From positions 752-64,751 of the forward strand of contig CAKPQS010000002.1 of the NCBI GenBank assembly GCA_934179675.1: a stretch of DNA of 64,000 nucleotides, read 5' to 3'. The position numbers and the translations under genes were made by a program. A model generated the notes under the pieces. That model worked only from the letters and a program-made list of their open reading frames with translations. It was not told the origin of the DNA and ran no database searches. This document shows positions 61,630 through 64,000 of the stretch, one piece after another. Every line of letters starts with the position of its first letter. The first letter of the stretch is position 1. The stretch comes from an uncultured Bacilli bacterium. GTDB taxonomy: Bacteria; Bacillota_I; Bacilli_A; RF39; UBA660.

Positions 61630-62220
61630 ATGAATTTACCAAATAAAATAACGTTTTCAAGAATAATACTAACGATTTTTATTTTAATTTTACTTGTTTT
61701 TCCGTTTGAAGAAGCAGGTATTAAAATGCCACAATTATTTGTAAGTGAAATGATTGTTGTTGATATTAAGTATCCAATAGCAGGAGTATTATTTATAATT
61801 GCTGCTTTAACAGATATGATAGATGGTAAACTAGCTAGGAAAACAAACCAAGTAACTGATTTGGGTAAAATGTTAGATGCTATAGCTGATAAAGTATTAG
61901 TAAATACAATTTTAGTTGCGTTATCAGCATCAGGATTTGTTCATCCTATTATTCCAATTGTTGTTATATTTAGAGATGAAGTTGTAAATTCTATTAAAAT
62001 GGTATCTGGAAATAAGGGAAAGGTTATTGCAGCTAGTAAAATGGGTAAATATAAAACAGCATGTATGATGACTGGAATAGCGCTTACTTTATTTTATAAT
62101 TTACCATTTGAATTATGGAATTTAAAGGTATCTGATATGCTACTTGTTGTAGCAATGGTATTAAGTGTAATATCAGGTATCCAGTATTATGTAAATAGCA
62201 AAAAAATAATCATGAATTGA
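61630..62220 (+). CDS. pgsA: CDP-diacylglycerol--glycerol-3-phosphate 3-phosphatidyltransferase.
   Basis: CDP-alcohol phosphatidyltransferase motif DMIDGKLARKTNQVTDLGKMLDAIADK. Confidence 0.85.
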   Translation: MNLPNKITFSRIILTIFILILLVFPFEEAGIKMPQLFVSEMIVVDIKYPIAGVLFIIAALTDMIDGKLARKTNQVTDLGKMLDAIADKVLVNTILVALSASGFVHPIIPIVVIFRDEVVNSIKMVSGNKGKVIAASKMGKYKTACMMTGIALTLFYNLPFELWNLKVSDMLLVVAMVLSVISGIQYYVNSKKIIMN

Positions 62221-63486
62221 TTATTTTTTTTTAATTGAGTTTTTTAATTTTTTATTTATTATTTTGTGTCTTATTGGTATTAATTTGTTATAAAGAAAAT
62301 ACATAAATTTATTAGTAATATAATCAAATTCACCGATAAATTCAGTATATTCTCCTCCCCATTTTTTCTTAAAATCATGTAGTCCTACTAATTGACTATC
62401 ACTTGTTGGTTCTCCAATTGTACCAAAAACATCAAATATTTCCATTCCTCTTTTTTTAGAATCTTGAATTTGTTTTTCATAAACTAGATAATTAGCATAT
62501 AATCTTTTATAATTCATATCATTTGCAGCATATAAAGCCCAACTTTTATTACCATAATGTACTATTAGATAAGAACTAACAACGATAGTATTTTTGGGTT
62601 TATCTTTAAAAAAATCTAATTGTTCATTAATACTATTTATATTTTTTATAAGTTCCTTTTTTTGACCAACACTTTTCTTATTATCTAAGTTTTCAATAAT
62701 TTTATATTCTTCGTTTAATTTATTTAATTCTGTTTTTAAGTTGAGTTCAATTTTTTTAATATCTATTTTTCCTAAATATAATGTTACATGATTATTTTTA
62801 GAAAAAACATCGTAAAAGGAAGAAAAATATTTATCATCATGAGAATAAAAACCTTGTCTTTCCTCTGTCATTTTCATTAATCTATTAAATTCTTTAATAT
62901 CTTCTTTAGTTCCAATTTCAACAGTAACACCACATTTTTTTGCTTTTTTTATTCTTTGAATAGTAGTGGTAGAGTATTTTTTTTCAATTTCTTCAATAGA
63001 AGGTTTTAAATCTATTCTAAATGTAAATCTAGGTTGCATTGTTTCAAAATATTTTGTAAGTGGACGATGTTTATAACCTATACTTTCTAAAAAGTTAACT
63101 AATTTATAATTATTTGTTCCCTCAATTTCACAGGCGTTTTCATCAATTGTATGAAGTTTTATATCAGGATCAATTCTAAAGAAAATACCTTTTTTTTCTT
63201 TACAAAATTTTTTAATTTTTAAACTAAAAATTTTAATTAATTCTTCATTATTATAATCTATATTAAAACCTCTTGGAATATAAAAATATGAATAACCCAT
63301 TAATAAATTCTTTTTTAAAAGTAAAGCAGTTGCTACAATAGTATTTTTATCTTTAAGTCCAATATAATAAGGAGTAAAACCTCTTTTTAAAGAAAGTTCT
63401 CCCCATTCATAAGATTCTAAAAAATGTGTATTCATTTTATCAGTAAAAGATCGGTATTCTTTTTCATTTAATGTTACTAATTCCAT
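62221..63486 (-). CDS. FemAB-family peptidoglycan interpeptide-bridge aminoacyltransferase (FemX/MurM-like).
   Basis: ~420 aa with a central coiled-coil insertion between two GNAT-like halves. Start assigned to the Met of MELVTLNEKEY. Confidence 0.65.
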   Translation of the reverse strand: MELVTLNEKEYRSFTDKMNTHFLESYEWGELSLKRGFTPYYIGLKDKNTIVATALLLKKNLLMGYSYFYIPRGFNIDYNNEELIKIFSLKIKKFCKEKKGIFFRIDPDIKLHTIDENACEIEGTNNYKLVNFLESIGYKHRPLTKYFETMQPRFTFRIDLKPSIEEIEKKYSTTTIQRIKKAKKCGVTVEIGTKEDIKEFNRLMKMTEERQGFYSHDDKYFSSFYDVFSKNNHVTLYLGKIDIKKIELNLKTELNKLNEEYKIIENLDNKKSVGQKKELIKNINSINEQLDFFKDKPKNTIVVSSYLIVHYGNKSWALYAANDMNYKRLYANYLVYEKQIQDSKKRGMEIFDVFGTIGEPTSDSQLVGLHDFKKKWGGEYTEFIGEFDYITNKFMYFLYNKLIPIRHKIINKKLKNSIKKK

Positions 63487-63609
63487 GTTTCCTCCTTTAT
63501 TTATATATAAAGTATATAACAATTGTATATTTTAGTCAAGAAACTAAAAGGTTAAAAAAATGTAATAAAGAGGTATTTATCTCATATATTTAAATGAAAG
63601 TAGGTAAAT

Positions 63610-63990
63610 ATGGATAAAATAGAGATAATAAAAAATATCACTGAAAGAACCAATGGTGATATATATTTTGGGGTAGTAGGAGCAGTTAGAACAGGTAAAT
63701 CAACTTTTATCAAAAAAGTAATAGAGACATTAGTAGTTCCAAATATAGAAGATGAATATGAAAAGAAAAGATGTTTAGATGAAATACCTCAATCAGCTCA
63801 AGGAAAAACAATTATGACAACTGAACCAAAGTTTGTTCCATCAAGTGGAGCAACCATTAAAATTGATAATTTTGAAGCATCTGTTAGATTGGTAGATTGT
63901 GTTGGATATGTGATAAAAGGAGCAAAAGGTTATGAAGATGAAAATGGACCTAGAATGGTTCATACACCATGGGTGAGGTTGAATAAGTGA
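63610..63990 (+). pseudogene. spoIVA: Stage IV sporulation protein A (SpoIVA) N-terminal 126 codons. The reading frame is closed in all three frames right after ...HTPW, which indicates truncation or interruption; the window ends at 64000.
   Basis: MDKIEIIKNITERTNGDIYFGVVGAVRTGKSTFIKK...GKTIMTTEPKFVP...RLVDCVGYVIKGAKGYEDENGPRMVHTPW is near-identical in pattern to the B. subtilis SpoIVA N-terminus (full length ~490 aa). Confidence 0.7.
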
Positions 63991-64000
63991 TACCCAAATA

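Overview
This is an AT-rich (~27% GC) chromosomal segment that reads with the standard code; long housekeeping genes are uninterrupted, so TGA is a stop. Gene content and synteny resemble a cell-wall-bearing low-GC Firmicute, probably Erysipelotrichia-like. Evidence for this: rnr-smpB-ssrA, gpsB-rnpB-rodZ-pgsA and infC-rpmI-rplT synteny as in Bacillus; murE, murF, mraY, FemAB, LysM and GpsB genes; SpoVIF-like and SpoIVA remnants; and surface proteins with the Mycoplasma-type DUF285 repeat.

Most of the window is core: uvrA, topB, the hrcA-grpE-dnaK heat-shock operon with CIRCE, pepF-dnaJ, rnr, smpB, tmRNA, murE and a murF-like gene, metG, infC-rpmI-rplT with an attenuator leader, mraY, engB, der, T-box-pheST, ispH, a glycosylation cassette, a P-type ATPase, era, recO, two U32 peptidases, greA, tig, gpsB, RNase P RNA and pgsA.

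The accessory content is a family of secreted or membrane-anchored DUF285-repeat proteins: a partial paralog at 1-658, a full copy at 2800-3924, a paralog at 9077-10081 and a chimeric remnant at 38154-38366. They share a conserved 5' cassette. Upstream of the full copy, a small leader ORF whose stop overlaps the start codon of the surface-protein gene contains an (ATAC)19 tetranucleotide repeat. Only repeat numbers congruent to 19 mod 3 let the leader ORF reach that ATGA overlap, which makes this a candidate slipped-strand phase-variation switch, and it is the most interesting feature here. A degenerate IS256 transposase and an IS1182-like fragment lie between two tandem paralogs.

Other oddities:
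- a GrpE with a metallothionein-like Cys-rich N-terminus encoded by 15-nt tandem repeats;
- a standalone Clp-D1-like AAA+ protein;
- an orphan VirD4/TraG-like coupling protein with a T11 tract in its promoter;
- a MurF-like ligase fused to a 5-TM domain;
- L20 with a Rho_N-like tail;
- an E2-acyltransferase-like protein in which the catalytic His is replaced by Glu;
- a spoIVA reading frame that closes in all three frames after ~126 codons at the window edge.
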